DNA of 64,000 nt from Eledone cirrhosa (lineage: Eukaryota), in assembly GCA_964016885.1 (NCBI GenBank), contig OZ024745.1, forward strand, positions 79,608,001 through 79,672,000, in the 5' to 3' direction. The notes under the pieces were generated by a model that saw nothing but the letters and a program-made list of their open reading frames with translations, searched no databases and had not been told where the DNA came from. Shown here one piece after another: positions 50,255 through 64,000 of this stretch (position 1 is its first letter; the number at the start of each line of letters is the position of its first letter). The translations under genes were made by a program, and so were the position numbers.

Positions 50255-50983
50255 GAGGCGGATTTTCAGGTCTTTACAAAGGTCCGACTTCCACACCGAT
50301 CTCAAGCTGTGGCACGCCGCCCAGGCCTTGCTCTTCCTCTCAACCACATCATCTTCCGTATTCCCAATCTTTGCTCCCAAATACAGGAAGCCCTCAACCA
50401 ATTCTAGCGGCTTCCCGCCTACATTAGTGATCCCCTCTGGCTGCTCAACATTCTCTACCAGATATTTTGTTTTAGTCTCATTCATTCTCAGCCCCACACT
50501 CATCGACACAGTCTCAACCTCCCGCATCAAATCCTCTGCCTCCTTCACTGTATTTGTCACCAAAACTATGTCATTGCTGTAGTGGAGTCTGTGCTGCTGT
50601 ATGGGTCTGAGACTTGGACACTGACCAAGAAACTCACACATGGTGGATGGGTGCTACACGAGAATGCTGAGGATGGCTCTGAACATTAATCAGTATACAC
50701 TGAGGTTGAAAAACTCAGAGCTGTATGGGAGCATCCCAAAAGTCAGAGGAGACTGAGGTTAGCTGGACATGCTCACCGACATCCAGAGTTGACATTGCAC
50801 TCAGTGCTCTTTTGGGAGCCCCTACATGGACACACTAGAAGAGGAAGACCAAGGTTAACGTATGTTGATGCCCTAAGGACAGACACTGGTCTGTTGGAGA
50901 CGCAGGACATGGTAGCGATAATGAGGGACAGAGACCGCTGGAGAGAACTCGTCCATGGATCTCGGGAATTTTACCCGCCTTAG
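50251..50983 (+). mobile_element. 5'-inverted RTE-like LINE fragment (inverted part 50251-50571)
   Basis: The minus part ends KIRLF and the plus part resumes IAVVESVLLYGSETW, then GRPRLTYVD. Confidence 0.8.
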
Positions 50984-50994
50984 ATATATATATA

Positions 50995-51510
50995 TATATA
51001 CGATATTAATAAATGGAAACTATATTTATAAAACCATATTTATTTCATTATATATATTTTAAGGATACCAAGTTAAATTATGGTATGCCTTCATCAGACA
51101 AAATACAATATATAACAGTTTTATAAATAGACATTGACGTACCCTTTTAAAAAGTGACCGTTGCTTTTGGAGGCCATCAGGATAGTGGTTTGTTTACTTT
51201 AGTAAGTCATAGTGTTAAGAGTAAGTAAAAAGATGGAGAGAGAGAGAGAGAGAGAGAGAGAAACGTGGTGAAAAGAAAGGGAGAGATAGATAAAGAAAAA
51301 GAAGAAAGCAAAAAGAAAAGAGAACAGAGGAAAATAACGGGGAGATATCAAACCATCAGACAGAGAAAAAAATGTCTATGAAAAAAATGTCAATGTCTAT
51401 TTATAAAACTGTTATATATTGTATTTTGTCTGATGAAGTATCCTTGAAATATATATAATGAAATAAATATGGTTTTATAAATATAGTTTCCATTTATTAA
51501 TATCGTATAT
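50995..51510. repeat. Inverted PLE pLTR remnant with hammerhead motifs (51422-51465 on +; degenerate copy on -)
   Basis: Arms ~50995-51139 / 51387-51510. TATTTTGT CTGATGA...GAAA TATATA TA ATGAAATA. Confidence 0.65.
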
Positions 51511-51676
51511 CTACTCCAAATATTTGTCGAATGCTTTATATCAGTTATAAAAATATTTGCTTGTTGTATCCCAACAATTTAAATAGAACTTTTGCATATA
51601 TATATAATAATAATAATAAAATATAATAATAATCGTCTCTTTCTCCCTGTTTTCATATATCTATCTATCTATCTAT

Positions 51677-51973
51677 CTAAGGCGGGTAAAATTCCCGAGA
51701 TCCATGGACGAGTTCTCTCCAGCGGTCTCTGTCCCTCATTATCGCTGCCATATCCTGCATCTCCAACAGACCAGTGTCTGTCCTTAGGGCATCAACATAT
51801 GTTAACCTTGGTCTTCCTCTTCTAGTGTGTCCATGTAGGGGCTCCCAAAGGAGCACTGAGTGTAATGTCAACTCATCGTAGTGGACTATTGTATGCGCCT
51901 TGCACTGGAGAAACACCAGGACTCTGGCTTTACTGTAGCACCGGCTCAGAGCAGGAGAGTTAGGGCGAAAAAG
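51677..51973 (-). mobile_element. Second copy of the same RTE-like family, with an inverted internal piece
   Basis: 3' end homologous to 50789-50983; plus-strand RT piece VDYCMRLAL. Confidence 0.7.
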
Positions 51974-52387
51974 GTATATATATATATATATATAATTGTT
52001 CCTACGTTAGGCACAAGGCCAGCAATTACTCAGTGTATTACTGGTACTTTATTTTATCGATCCCGTAAGGATGAAAGGCAAAGTAAACCTCGGCGGGATT
52101 TGAACTCAGAATGGCAAGGGCCGTAACTCTATGCGTCAAAGCATGACGTCCGACCCTCTACCAATACTGCCAATCCACCGCCCTTATATATATAATAATA
52201 ATGATACTATTTATAGGTATGTATATACTATAAACAACTATAAACAGGAAAGGTCAGTAATTTATTACTACCTTATTACCAGTAAGAGAAATAGCTCAAT
52301 GTAAGAACATCCGATGATTCCAAACGAAAGTTTGGAAGAAACGATTGTCAGCAATAAAATGATTTGTACATAACTTTGATAATTGTG

Positions 52388-52459
<72 letters not shown>

Positions 52460-52568
52460 GGAAAAATTTGAACAGGGACAAAACAGAGAGGCAGTACAAT
52501 AAATGTTTATTAATTTCACGCTCAGGAGAGTGGGGGGTAGGTGGGGGACACATATATATATATATATT

Positions 52569-52607
<39 letters not shown>

Positions 52608-52634
52608 CTGTGTGTGTTTTATGTATGTAAACTC

Positions 52635-52722
52635 GCATATCTGAGGGGGTGTCGATTAAGAGTCAGGATCCGATCGCCTGATCAAACCCGAGCTGATCGA
52701 TATCGAAACAGTTGTAATATGC
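52635..52722 (+). ncRNA. Hammerhead-like motif with long stem II and a core A9-to-G variant
   Basis: GCATAT CTGAGGG [10-bp stem II] GAAA CAGTTG TA ATATGC, followed by AATAAA. Confidence 0.6.
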
Positions 52723-52825
52723 AATAAAGTTTCATAACAAACTGCAAATCTGGCTTCCTATTGTCTCTCTGCCTGTCTCTCTCTTTCTCTCTCTCTCTCT
52801 CTCGCCCTCTCTCTCTCTCACGCTC

Positions 52826-52911
<86 letters not shown>

Positions 52912-53556
52912 GATAACAAGTTATCGTTTTACGTAATCCAGTAAGAGGTTGTGAGTACTCAGTACTATGGATAGTTTTAACGTGCGGCGTTGTTTGACTC
53001 AACAAGAGTTTGCCAGAATTCCCATGCAGGTCATTCTTGGAGTAATAGTAGTCAAAGAGTGAAGAATAACATGGTCGGATGTACAAAAACGGTTTTATTT
53101 ACAGTATTAACAATTGTTTCATTGATCAGGTGAGTCTAAGGTCACTAATCACTCGAAATTGCATCACTCGACCTTAAATACAGTGTGTGTCTCTGATCAA
53201 ATCATCGGAATATAATTGTTAATATTGTAAATAAAACTGTGTTTGTACATGCGACTATGTTATTCTTCACTCTTTCACTATATATATATATATAGAGAGA
53301 GAGAGGGGGGGGGGGAGAAGAGAGAGTTATATATATAGTGAAAGATAAGCAAAACTAGCGAATATACGGTCTCTAAGACCTCTGCTAGAGTAGGCTTTGA
53401 AATCTTAGGTAGCATGCAGCTATGTTGGGAATTTATTTATAATAATATACTTGAGCTCTGTACTGAACTCAACGCTCTTTTTCCTTTATCTATCTACCCC
53501 CCTCTTCCTCCCTCTCTCTTTCTCTTAGTCTCCCTCTTCTCTCTCTCTCTCTCTCC

Positions 53557-53596
<40 letters not shown>

Positions 53597-53790
53597 TCAG
53601 GTTTGAGGTTCACCACTGTATAGAGCTGGTCTATTCCGTATGGTCAATCGTAATGTAATAATATAGAGAGTACTCAACGTAAGGCAGTTCAACCGTCTTT
53701 GTTTTTGTAGTTGGTGGTGCTATTACGGAGTTAAATATTATAATGAAATGACAGGAGGCTGGATTTGTGTAAATCCTTGAAAGGTTTATT

Positions 53791-53848
53791 ATACTATGAT
53801 CATTTCAATGACCGGGTTCCGTATGAATCCGGTGATATCATCAGGTAT
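53791..53848 (-). ncRNA. Minimal type I hammerhead
   Basis: ATAC CTGATGA T...ACCGG/CCGGT...T GAAA TGATCA T A GTAT AATAAA. Confidence 0.75.
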
Positions 53849-53880
53849 TCGAAATATATATATATATATATATATATATA

Positions 53881-54079
53881 GTTTTAATATAGATGAGATT
53901 CTACAGGACTAGAACTGTTTCATTCATTAGAAATCATCAGGAATCTCGATTCCTGATGATTTCTAATGAATGAAACAGTTCTAGTCCTGTAGAATCTCAT
54001 CTATATTAAAACTGTTATACTCTGCTATGTATTGAGTACCTTACTTACTGTGGTTACCTCCGATTCAACCCGGAATAAC

Positions 54080-54080
<1 letters not shown>
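53881..54080 (+). mobile_element. Family P palindromic insertion with intact hammerheads on both strands (53948-53996 +; 53895-53947 -)
   Basis: GATTC CTGATGA TTTC-TAAT-GAAT GAAA CAG-TTCTAGTC-CTG T A GAATC; near-perfect palindrome 53881-54012. Confidence 0.85.
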
Positions 54081-54172
<92 letters not shown>

Positions 54173-56673
54173 ATCAGATACAGATAGATAGATTTGTTGT
54201 TTTAATAAACCAATATTGTTATTTTCGTCTTCATTTCTCTCTTACATTTATCTATTTACATATTTCCAGTTTTCTTACCACTGTTGCCTTTTTTACGTGA
54301 ATAATTCTATAGAAGTTATTATATAGTGATAGTTGATATCCCTGGTGCCGAATGATTTTTATATATTTATTTATTTATTCTTTTTGAATTGGCAAAACAT
54401 TTCTCTCTTCTCTTATGTTCCCCATCCTTTTAAGAGGATATAGTCAAACTTTGAAAATTTATTATGCGTTTTTTTTTATATCAGAAAACTGAAAGACAGC
54501 ATCTTTCAGCTCAGTCACGCTGAATGATGGACAAAACAATGTATATAATGTATTTTGTATAAAATAAGTGTATAAAATTTATGTTGAATGCTGTATAGAA
54601 TAAGAGTATATACAATAATCAGACTTTCAATCTCCTTTCTGTTATGCTTTATTCTTTTGAAGTATATTTTGTATGTGTAGTTGTAGTTTGTGATAGCTAT
54701 AGAGAGTGGTTTCCTGTGTCATATAGTTGTATTTTAAACATGTATCTATTTAAAATAAACAATCTATTTTTAGAAGCGTCGAGCGAGTTAGGAATGTTTG
54801 AAAAATAATCGAAGTTTGAAAATCAGTAAAATGAATGACTATAACGTGCGATTTTATTTTACTATGAAAAATAGTCTAAGTAGGGCATATAAGCCCCTAG
54901 ACTGGTGTTGTCTACTTTTTTCTTATCTATAACACTTAGACTATATTTCATAGTAAAAAATAAAACGTGCTCTAAATTATCTTCATTTTCAAAAGTCAAC
55001 GCCTCTAAAAATAGATTGTTTACATTTAAATTTCTGGTTGATTGATAAAGATTTAAAATGGAAACGAATGGTCAGCCGCTACTTTCGTGTAATAGTATGT
55101 GGAAGGCATGAGTTCGTATCCCTTGGGTGACACTGTCCACTATTTTCATCTCCAGGGGCTTATATGCTCTACTTATTAGACTCTTTTTCATAATAAAAAA
55201 CGTGCTTTGTAGCCATTAACTGTACTCTAAATTATCTTAATATTCAATAATGTATCTATTTATTTATTTCTTAAATACATATTGTTCATTCTGTGAGAAA
55301 AGCTTAAAACATACAATGAAAGGGTAAACTGATGAGAAACAAAAAAACCTGCATGTTGCGTGTTGTCATTTTTTTCTCCATAATTCGTAGATTGTCGTGG
55401 TCAACGGAGTTGTTGGTGACCTTCTGTAAGTCGATATCTGGAGAGTAAATGGGAGTATGGATATATATTCTAAGAGATGTATCTTGAGGAAGATAGATTT
55501 GTGAAGTGTTTAGTACAGGATTTTGACCGTGAGATATAATAAGGATGATCGGGAGTAAAGTGGCGATTTACAAATCTATCGGATAGCTTTTGCTTTTCTA
55601 ATGGAAGAGACTTTATGCAATAAAAGCCTTGAAGCTATCAGCTTTTTTTCGAGATAGAAGAAAGTTTAGGTTTGAAATAATTTTTTCTCCACATTCGCGA
55701 TGTTGAATCCCAACTGTTGATAGTCTTACAAATATTGAGAAAGTCAAAACATTTTCATTTTAGTTCTACAAATGATACCGTCGGCTTCTGATTGACGAGG
55801 ACATTTACAAATAATACTCACGATTTCTGGTTGACGAGAAACTGGAAGGAGAAATCTGGTGATATTTTAGAAAACATCGTTCCGGCCAACTGGAGCAATT
55901 CTGTCTTGGTCTGAATTCAGTTACTGCCAGAATCGCGTTTGCATTTACTTTTTGCTTTTCGGAGTTGATAAAATGAGTACCAATCATATGTCAATTTTCT
56001 CCGCAAAAACATGACAACGACATATATAGGAGAGATAGCCCATAGCATAAGCGAGGGCTCAACATGCGAAACTAGAACATGGGAACTCGATAGATAACAT
56101 AGACGTTAAGATCATATCCACATATAGAACAGACACAACACTCAGAAAAATTGCGGAGGTCACACACAAAATAGAAAGCAGACCGAGCCTCAAGAGAAAA
56201 TCCGAATGGAATAGAGTAACACCCTCACCTCATAACCTAGCGACTGAAGACAAAATTGGACACACGAAGGCGGTGGGGGGGGGGGGGGGGGGAACGGCGA
56301 TACAGGTACAAATAGTACAATATACAAACTCACTCATGCGCACAAAACACATACACATGTCAAACATATAAACACACTCACAGGTACAGAAGCAAAGGCA
56401 TGCGCAGACAAGAAAACGTATCGCAGAAAGACAAGAAGTAAAGAGATTGAGACCAAAAAGAAGAGGAGATACAGAAAAGAAGAACAAACGCTATTGAGGA
56501 GGGCGTGACAAAAGAGCTTTAACGAACTAACTAAAAACTAATAATAAAACTGAAGTGAAAATCAAACAGTGCGTGTGTTTTTATTGGCAAAATAGGCAAA
56601 AACATCATCCTCAAATATAACTTTTCAACCCACGATTTCACCTAAAAAATCTTGCAAAACAAATACACAAACG

Positions 56674-56744
<71 letters not shown>

Positions 56745-56751
<7 letters not shown>

Positions 56752-56957
56752 TTTCTACAGGGCTATAACGGTTTCTTTCGTGAGAAATCATCAGGAAGCT
56801 CTGATGAGCTCTGATGAGCTCTGATGAGCTTCCTGATGATTTCTCACGAATGAAACAGTTCTAGTCCTGTAGAAGCTTTTCTATATTAAACATTTATACT
56901 TTGCTATATATTGAGTACCTTACTTACTGTGGTTACCCCCGATTGAACCCGGAATAA

Positions 56958-56960
<3 letters not shown>
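56745..56960 (+). mobile_element. Family P palindromic insertion; intact hammerhead at 56827-56877
   Basis: AGCTTC/GAAGCT stem I; (CTGATGAGCT)x3 at the palindrome centre. Confidence 0.8.
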
Positions 56961-57471
<511 letters not shown>

Positions 57472-57681
57472 CTTCACATTCTGTATAAGCAACTAAAATT
57501 ATGATGTCTCTTCATATTTAAACTTGCGATAACCATATTAGGGTTTGACTCGAAGCTGAAAACATCATATCTTATATGTCATAATTTGATTGCAGCTTAT
57601 GAATACAATAAAGTAACGCCCTCTATCTATGGCAATACAGGCGTGTGTCTTAGTGTATGTGTGTGTGTTTGTATATTAGTG

Positions 57682-57733
<52 letters not shown>

Positions 57734-57797
57734 CTATCTATCTATCTATCTATTTACCTATATATCTACACATATTTTCTCTTTATTTATCTCTCTC

Positions 57798-57835
<38 letters not shown>

Positions 57836-57932
57836 CACACACACACACATATATATATTGAGAGAAAGAGAATATGTAGGTGTGTTTACTTTTGTAATAA
57901 GGTATGTATCTATATATATGTGTATGTCTGTA

Positions 57933-57990
<58 letters not shown>

Positions 57991-58349
57991 AGTATGTATA
58001 CAGACGTACAGTAGTATGTATATACATACATACATGCACACATACATATATGTACGTATGGGTTGACCGAACATTTATTATAATGTTCGGTTTGTTTGTA
58101 AACAAACAGCCCGAAAACGATAAATGCGTATACGTCTGTATGCATATATGTATGTATACATACTTATATTTAAGTATCAGCCGTACTAAGAGTGAGAAAT
58201 GAAATTTCATTTCATTCTTTTCCATTTATCGTTTTCGGTACGCCCGGCCGACTAACTCACTCGATATGCAAAGTAGGCTGCTCAGCTGTTAATATGCATA
58301 AGGAAAGTATATACTTTCAAATGTTCAATCGATTGACAGGAAGGTATAC

Positions 58350-58388
58350 GGTGCTGATGACAGCTAACAAGCTTGAAACTAGTTCATC
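58350..58388 (+). ncRNA. Minimal type I hammerhead inside an inverted-repeat region (~58000-58570)
   Basis: GGTG CTGATGA CAGC-TAACAA-GCTT GAAA CTAG T T CATC. Confidence 0.7.
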
Positions 58389-58669
58389 TTCCTTTGTCAG
58401 TGTTGAACAAAAGGGCAACGATGGTTGCCGAACACTGTACGGCTTAATTCGGGCTGTTTGTTTACAAACAAACCGAATAATTATAATAAATGTTCGGTAA
58501 ACCCATACGTACATATATATATATATATGTGTGCATGAATGTATGTATATACATACTACTGTACGTCTGTATACATATATGTATGTACGTATACATACTT
58601 ATATTCAAGTATCAGCCGTACTAAGAGTGAGAAATGAAATTTCATTTTTTCCATTTATATATATATATA

Positions 58670-59111
<442 letters not shown>

Positions 59112-59716
59112 GATGGCTGCCAACTCGTTTCCGAGTACGGCCACTACTTTATATCCATGTAGGAGAACCCCTACCGATGCACTGAACGAGTGTGACTTTT
59201 TAGTCCAGCCACCGACTTGAAAACTCTGGTACAAACACTACACTTGTGACAATTACTGACACATAGTGCTGGGCCCATGGTACCATGTGACGACAAGTGC
59301 AGAGAGATCTCCAGATATAAAGCAATGCCTGTGCCGTGAAGCTTTTATAGTGAGCAAAGCCACTGCACAAAGCCAGTCACTCTCTTAACCAAGATGATAT
59401 TTACCAAAAAGAAGAACAAGTCAACATCATTGGATACCATCAGAGTTGCAGGTGTTATATCAGAGTTTTCCTTCTCCTAGAATTCTGCCTTGACAAAGGC
59501 TAAGGGGTCATCTCTCCCGGTGATTTTGGATGGCCATTGACTCTTAAGAGCTCCTTTGCCCTTTGACAGGTTTTGTTTTTAGTCCCGCAGGATGTCCAAA
59601 GTCACCCTCCTCACCAAGAAACCTTGGTGGGGTTGCCAGTCTAGTCGCCAACGACCCGACCATGAGACAGGTTGTACTGGATACATGTTACCAGTAGCAC
59701 CAACTGGTGACCTGAC
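59112..59716 (-). mobile_element. Family A copy 7 (full length)
   Basis: Reverse complement of the family A unit, within (TA)n. Confidence 0.87.
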
Positions 59717-59766
59717 ATATGTATATATATATATATATATATACATACATACACATAGTATATATA

Positions 59767-59849
<83 letters not shown>

Positions 59850-59870
59850 ACATAGTATTATATATATATG

Positions 59871-59920
<50 letters not shown>

Positions 59921-59924
59921 TATA

Positions 59925-60008
<84 letters not shown>

Positions 60009-60011
<3 letters not shown>

Positions 60012-60264
60012 TATATATATATAAAAGGGAGGATGTGTGTGTCTGTGGACAACTTTGGACAGCTAAGGCTTTTACAATTCCCAACCGAATTTGACCAAAT
60101 TTTCTGTGCACGTTGCACCTGTCGCAAATCGATCCACGTTGAGCAATAAATAATCGATAGACAGAGAGACAGAGAGAGGAGATATGGTACAAAGAGAGAG
60201 AGAGTGAAGGAGAGAGATGAGATATGGTACAGAGAGACAGAGAGAGAGAGGAGATATGGTACAA

Positions 60265-60300
<36 letters not shown>

Positions 60301-61390
60301 GAGATATGGTACAAAGAGAGAGAAAGGGGGAGATATGATACAAAGAGAGAGAGAGAGAGTGAGAGAGCGCGAGAGCGAGAAAGAGTGAGAGAGCGAGAAA
60401 GCGAGAGAAGAGATATGGTATAAAAAGAGACAGAGAGGGAGATGAGATACAAAGAGAGAGAAAGAGGGAGATATGATACAAAGAGAGAAAGAAAGAGAGG
60501 AGTGATACAAAAGCGTGAGAGCGGAAAGCCATAATTAATAGAGAGGGGGGGGGGGGCAGATGAAATATAAAGAGAGGGAAAAAGAGAGAGAGGGAGAAAG
60601 ATAAAGAGAGGAGAAATGACACAAACAGAGAGAGATGGGGGAAAATAAGATATAAAAAGAGAGAAAGAGAGAGAGAAAATAACAGATAGAAAGAGACGGA
60701 GTAAGTAAGAGTGGCGGAAAGAGGTAGGAAGATACGTTGAAGGGGAGGAGAAAAAAGTACAGGAGTGAGGAGATGAAAAAATTATGGAACCGAGTTAGGA
60801 CAAGTAATTGTGTATTGTATACAAATCTGGGTTGAAAAGTTCTTTGGCTGACTATGAAGGAGTGATGCTAGAGCTGCGAAATCTATATATATAAAAGCGA
60901 GGATGTGTGTGTGTGTGTGTGTGGACAACTTTGGACAGCTAAGGTTTTTACAATTCCCAACCGAATTTGACCAAATTTTCTGTGCACGTGGCATCTGTCG
61001 CTAAGATGGTCACATCACAAACATTTTTCAAATCGACCCACGTTGAACAATAAAAAATCGATAGCAAAATTATTTTTTCTAAACTGCATGATATAAGGTA
61101 GAAATCAATCAAAACAAAATCCTTATGGGACTTTCCATTCAAACTGTTGGGACCTACAACTTTTCAGCTGTAGCTTGCACATTTTTTTGTCACTCGCGAC
61201 AAAATTGTAGGTGTTTATTCTCTGCACTACAAGTCTCTTAAGCGAGCATGGATTTTCTTCTAAGTCACATGCATGTGTCAGCAAACCCATAAAAACTAAA
61301 TCCTTATGGGATTTTCCATTCAATTTACTTCCTAGCTGTACATTCTTAGCATAATTTCAAACCCCGGGAAACGCCGGGTAAAACTACTAG
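60009..61390 (+). mobile_element. Non-autonomous Helitron with two 5' ends (60009 and 60882)
   Basis: TC(T)ATATATATAAAAG.GAGGATGTG...GGACAACTTTGGACAGC occurs twice. 3' hairpin CCCGGGAAACGCCGGG followed by CTAG|T. Confidence 0.78.
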
Positions 61391-61460
61391 TATATATATA
61401 TATAAAATAAAGTAATTAAGTCAAATATTTAAAATTTGGCTTCGTTTATTAAGGATGTAT

Positions 61461-61511
61461 TGCTATATATATTTCGGTGACAGCCATCATTGGCTATGGC
61501 CTCTTCAGGCA
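61461..61511 (-). ncRNA. Minimal type I hammerhead in a pLTR-like fragment
   Basis: TGC CTGAAGA GG...CC GAAA TATATA T A GCA, with AATAAA downstream and CCAAT boxes upstream. Confidence 0.65.
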
Positions 61512-62477
61512 GTCCGAATTGGTGTGGTAGAGACAGGTACACATGTTGTTAAAGTGTTTTACTCCGTCAATACTCCGATATGTCCAGCTCCTGGTTGGGT
61601 TGTTATTTCTCTGAGGAACTGGAATCATATGAATTCGAACAAACGAATTTCGGCGTCATAGGACACTCTCTCCTCCCATTGGTCAGTTGTGAGAACATTC
61701 CTCAGTCAAAAGTCTATAGAAATTTTTTTCTGAGACAAGTCAATCTGTTGTGGTTGTTTTTTGTTAAGTACAGCTGACCTCCTCCCTTGTGTTTATTGGT
61801 CAGGTCAGCCTTAGTTCTACTGCTGCTGTCTTTAGAAGAATGAGTGCGTGTGGGTTGGCATCAATCCTACCACCCTTTCACGCGGTGGTGGTGGGGGGTG
61901 GGTGCCAAACAGATAATGAAATAAGATAAAGTAAAATGAAGAAATAAAATATAAAAAAAATATAAAAAAAATATAAAAAATATATATATAAAAAAATAAT
62001 AATAAGATAAGATACAATAAAATGAAGAAGCAAAAAAATATGAAGAAGCAAAAAAAAAAACAAATAAATAAATAAAGTAGAATAAAATGCATGTTTGTTA
62101 TAGCCAATATCAAATATCCAAGAAGAATAAAGTGCGCGTGTGTTATAGCCAATATTAAAGTTTGAAAGATTTGGAAAATATTTCATTATCTGTTTGGCAC
62201 CCCCTCACCACGTGTAAGGGTGGTAGGATTGATGCAAATTATGGTGCGCTTTCATCAGATAAAATATAATATAGATCAGTTTTATAAACAAATATTGACA
62301 TACCCTTAAAAGAATGCGACCATGTCTGTTGGAAGCTCCCGGATAGTGGGGTTACTAATTTTATTATTGGTCTATTATGCAAATTAGTGTCAGAGAGGTT
62401 TAAATCCCATACATTTAAATTAAGCCGTTGGAATAGGGGAAAAAGAAAAAGAGAAAGAAAGAGCAAACCCAAAGAAG

Positions 62478-62630
62478 GAAAAGAAAAGAAAAGAAAAGAA
62501 AAGAAAAGAAAAGAAAAGAAAAGAAAAGAAAAGAAAAGAAAAGAAAAGAAAAGAAAAGAAAAGAAAAGAAAAGAAAAGAAAAGAAAAGAAAAGAAAAGAA
62601 AAGAAAAGAAAAGAAAAGAAAAGAAAATAA
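62478..62630. repeat. (AAAAG)n pentanucleotide microsatellite
   Basis: Seen directly. Confidence 0.97.
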
Positions 62631-64000
62631 AAGAAAAAGGAATAGGAAAAAAGAAAAGAAGAAAGAGAAAGAGAGAAAACCCCAAGTGAGAGAGTGTTGT
62701 ATTAACGTAGTTTTATGAGATGAAGCGAAAAAATAAATATATAGTGGGTGAGTTAGCGTGTATAGATAAATAAATAAATAAATAGATAGTAGTAACCGGA
62801 GAAATTTATCTAATCTTTAAATTTGATTAAATTATTGAGATCTATATATTATTAAAAGAATATATATATATACACACACACACACATATATATATATATC
62901 CCATCAAAAAATATTATTAAAATATATGTTATTATTACATAACCTTACATAAATTTATTATTAATCATCAACCAACAATTAATTATTAATTTTTCAATTA
63001 ACAATAAAACTTATAAGAAATAACAAAATATATGTTTAAAATGTAGGAATGTTCAGAGATTTTACTGAAGAAAAACTCTTCTTAGTAATAGCAATACAGC
63101 GTGAGGGAAAAATTAATTGATTTATTTGTAATTTAGATAGTTCTAATGATTAAATGTTATAAAAGTTAAGATGATAAAAAAAGTTAAGATTATAAGAGAA
63201 CCTTATATTACTTTATAGTAAGTTATAAAATTTATATATTTTATAGATCCACCTGTTATATAGTTGTGACTGTTAAAATATAAGTTTGTTTACTATAACG
63301 TCTTAATGTTTAAAGTTTTTCTTAAGAAGTTTTTCTTAAGAAGTTTTTCTTAAGAATTTTTTTAAAGCATAAACCGTAAAAAAAACCTTTTTACATGAGT
63401 TCATTCATAGAATGTATTCAAATTATACATTTCGATATACATAGACTCACATATACATAGACATACATACATGGATACAGACGCATATATACACACATAT
63501 ATATATATATACATATACATACATATACACACATACATATACACATATACATATATATATATAAATACAAAATACATACTATAAAATAAAATATGAGTTA
63601 TAATTTTAAAAAGGATTATAATTTTTAAAGGAATTACAATTTTTAAAAAGGAATTACAATTTCTAAAAAAAATATAATTATATAATTTTAAAAGGAATTA
63701 TATTTTCAAGCAATGTAATTTTTAAGCAATATAATTCTAAAAATATGTAACTTTTAAAAAATATATATAAAAATATATAGAAAAACACAGTATAAAATAT
63801 GAATTATAACTTTTTATATATCCATCAGAGAAATTAACCAAAAAACCCTTTTTTTTTAGAAACTTTCAGAATGTTTATCTTAATTTTTTATATATCCATT
63901 TTTTAAAAAAACTTGTTTATCTAGAAGAATTTTCTAGGAAAATTTTTTCTTCATTTAAGAGAGATTTGGCAGTCGTACGAAGGAATCTAGCGATTTATCG

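Noticed and set aside
62700-64000. Possible mitochondrial insertion or gene in the extremely AT-rich tail
   Set aside because: No ORF, tRNA or rRNA motif is recognisable, only low-complexity short repeats.

Overview
AT-rich, microsatellite-saturated animal genomic DNA. The SINE, LINE and microsatellite content points to a coleoid cephalopod such as Octopus (inference). There is one host gene: a 5-exon cyclic-nucleotide-gated (CNG) cation channel alpha-type subunit on the minus strand (ATG 41217, stop 20440, about 585 aa), reconstructed by hand with phase-consistent GT-AG junctions. Nearly everything else is mobile DNA. (1) A partial-tandem Penelope-like element (3108-8059, minus) carries a hammerhead ribozyme in each pseudo-LTR. 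It has a separate coiled-coil/basic ORF1 joined to the RT-GIY-YIG ORF through a U-UUU-UUA -1 slippery site. (2) A ~10 kb head-to-tail nest of RTE LINEs and three families of bipartite non-autonomous RTE derivatives is inserted into (TATG)n (8298-18276). These have a covarying structured 5' RNA, and family A retains a single C2H2 finger. (3) About a dozen hammerhead motifs occur, many within palindromic mini-insertions in (TA)n. (4) A hAT transposon, two Helitrons, mariner, R4-like, CRE-like and Tx1-like fragments, and many tRNA-derived SINEs are also present. Most short ORFs in the supplied track are microsatellite or antisense artefacts.
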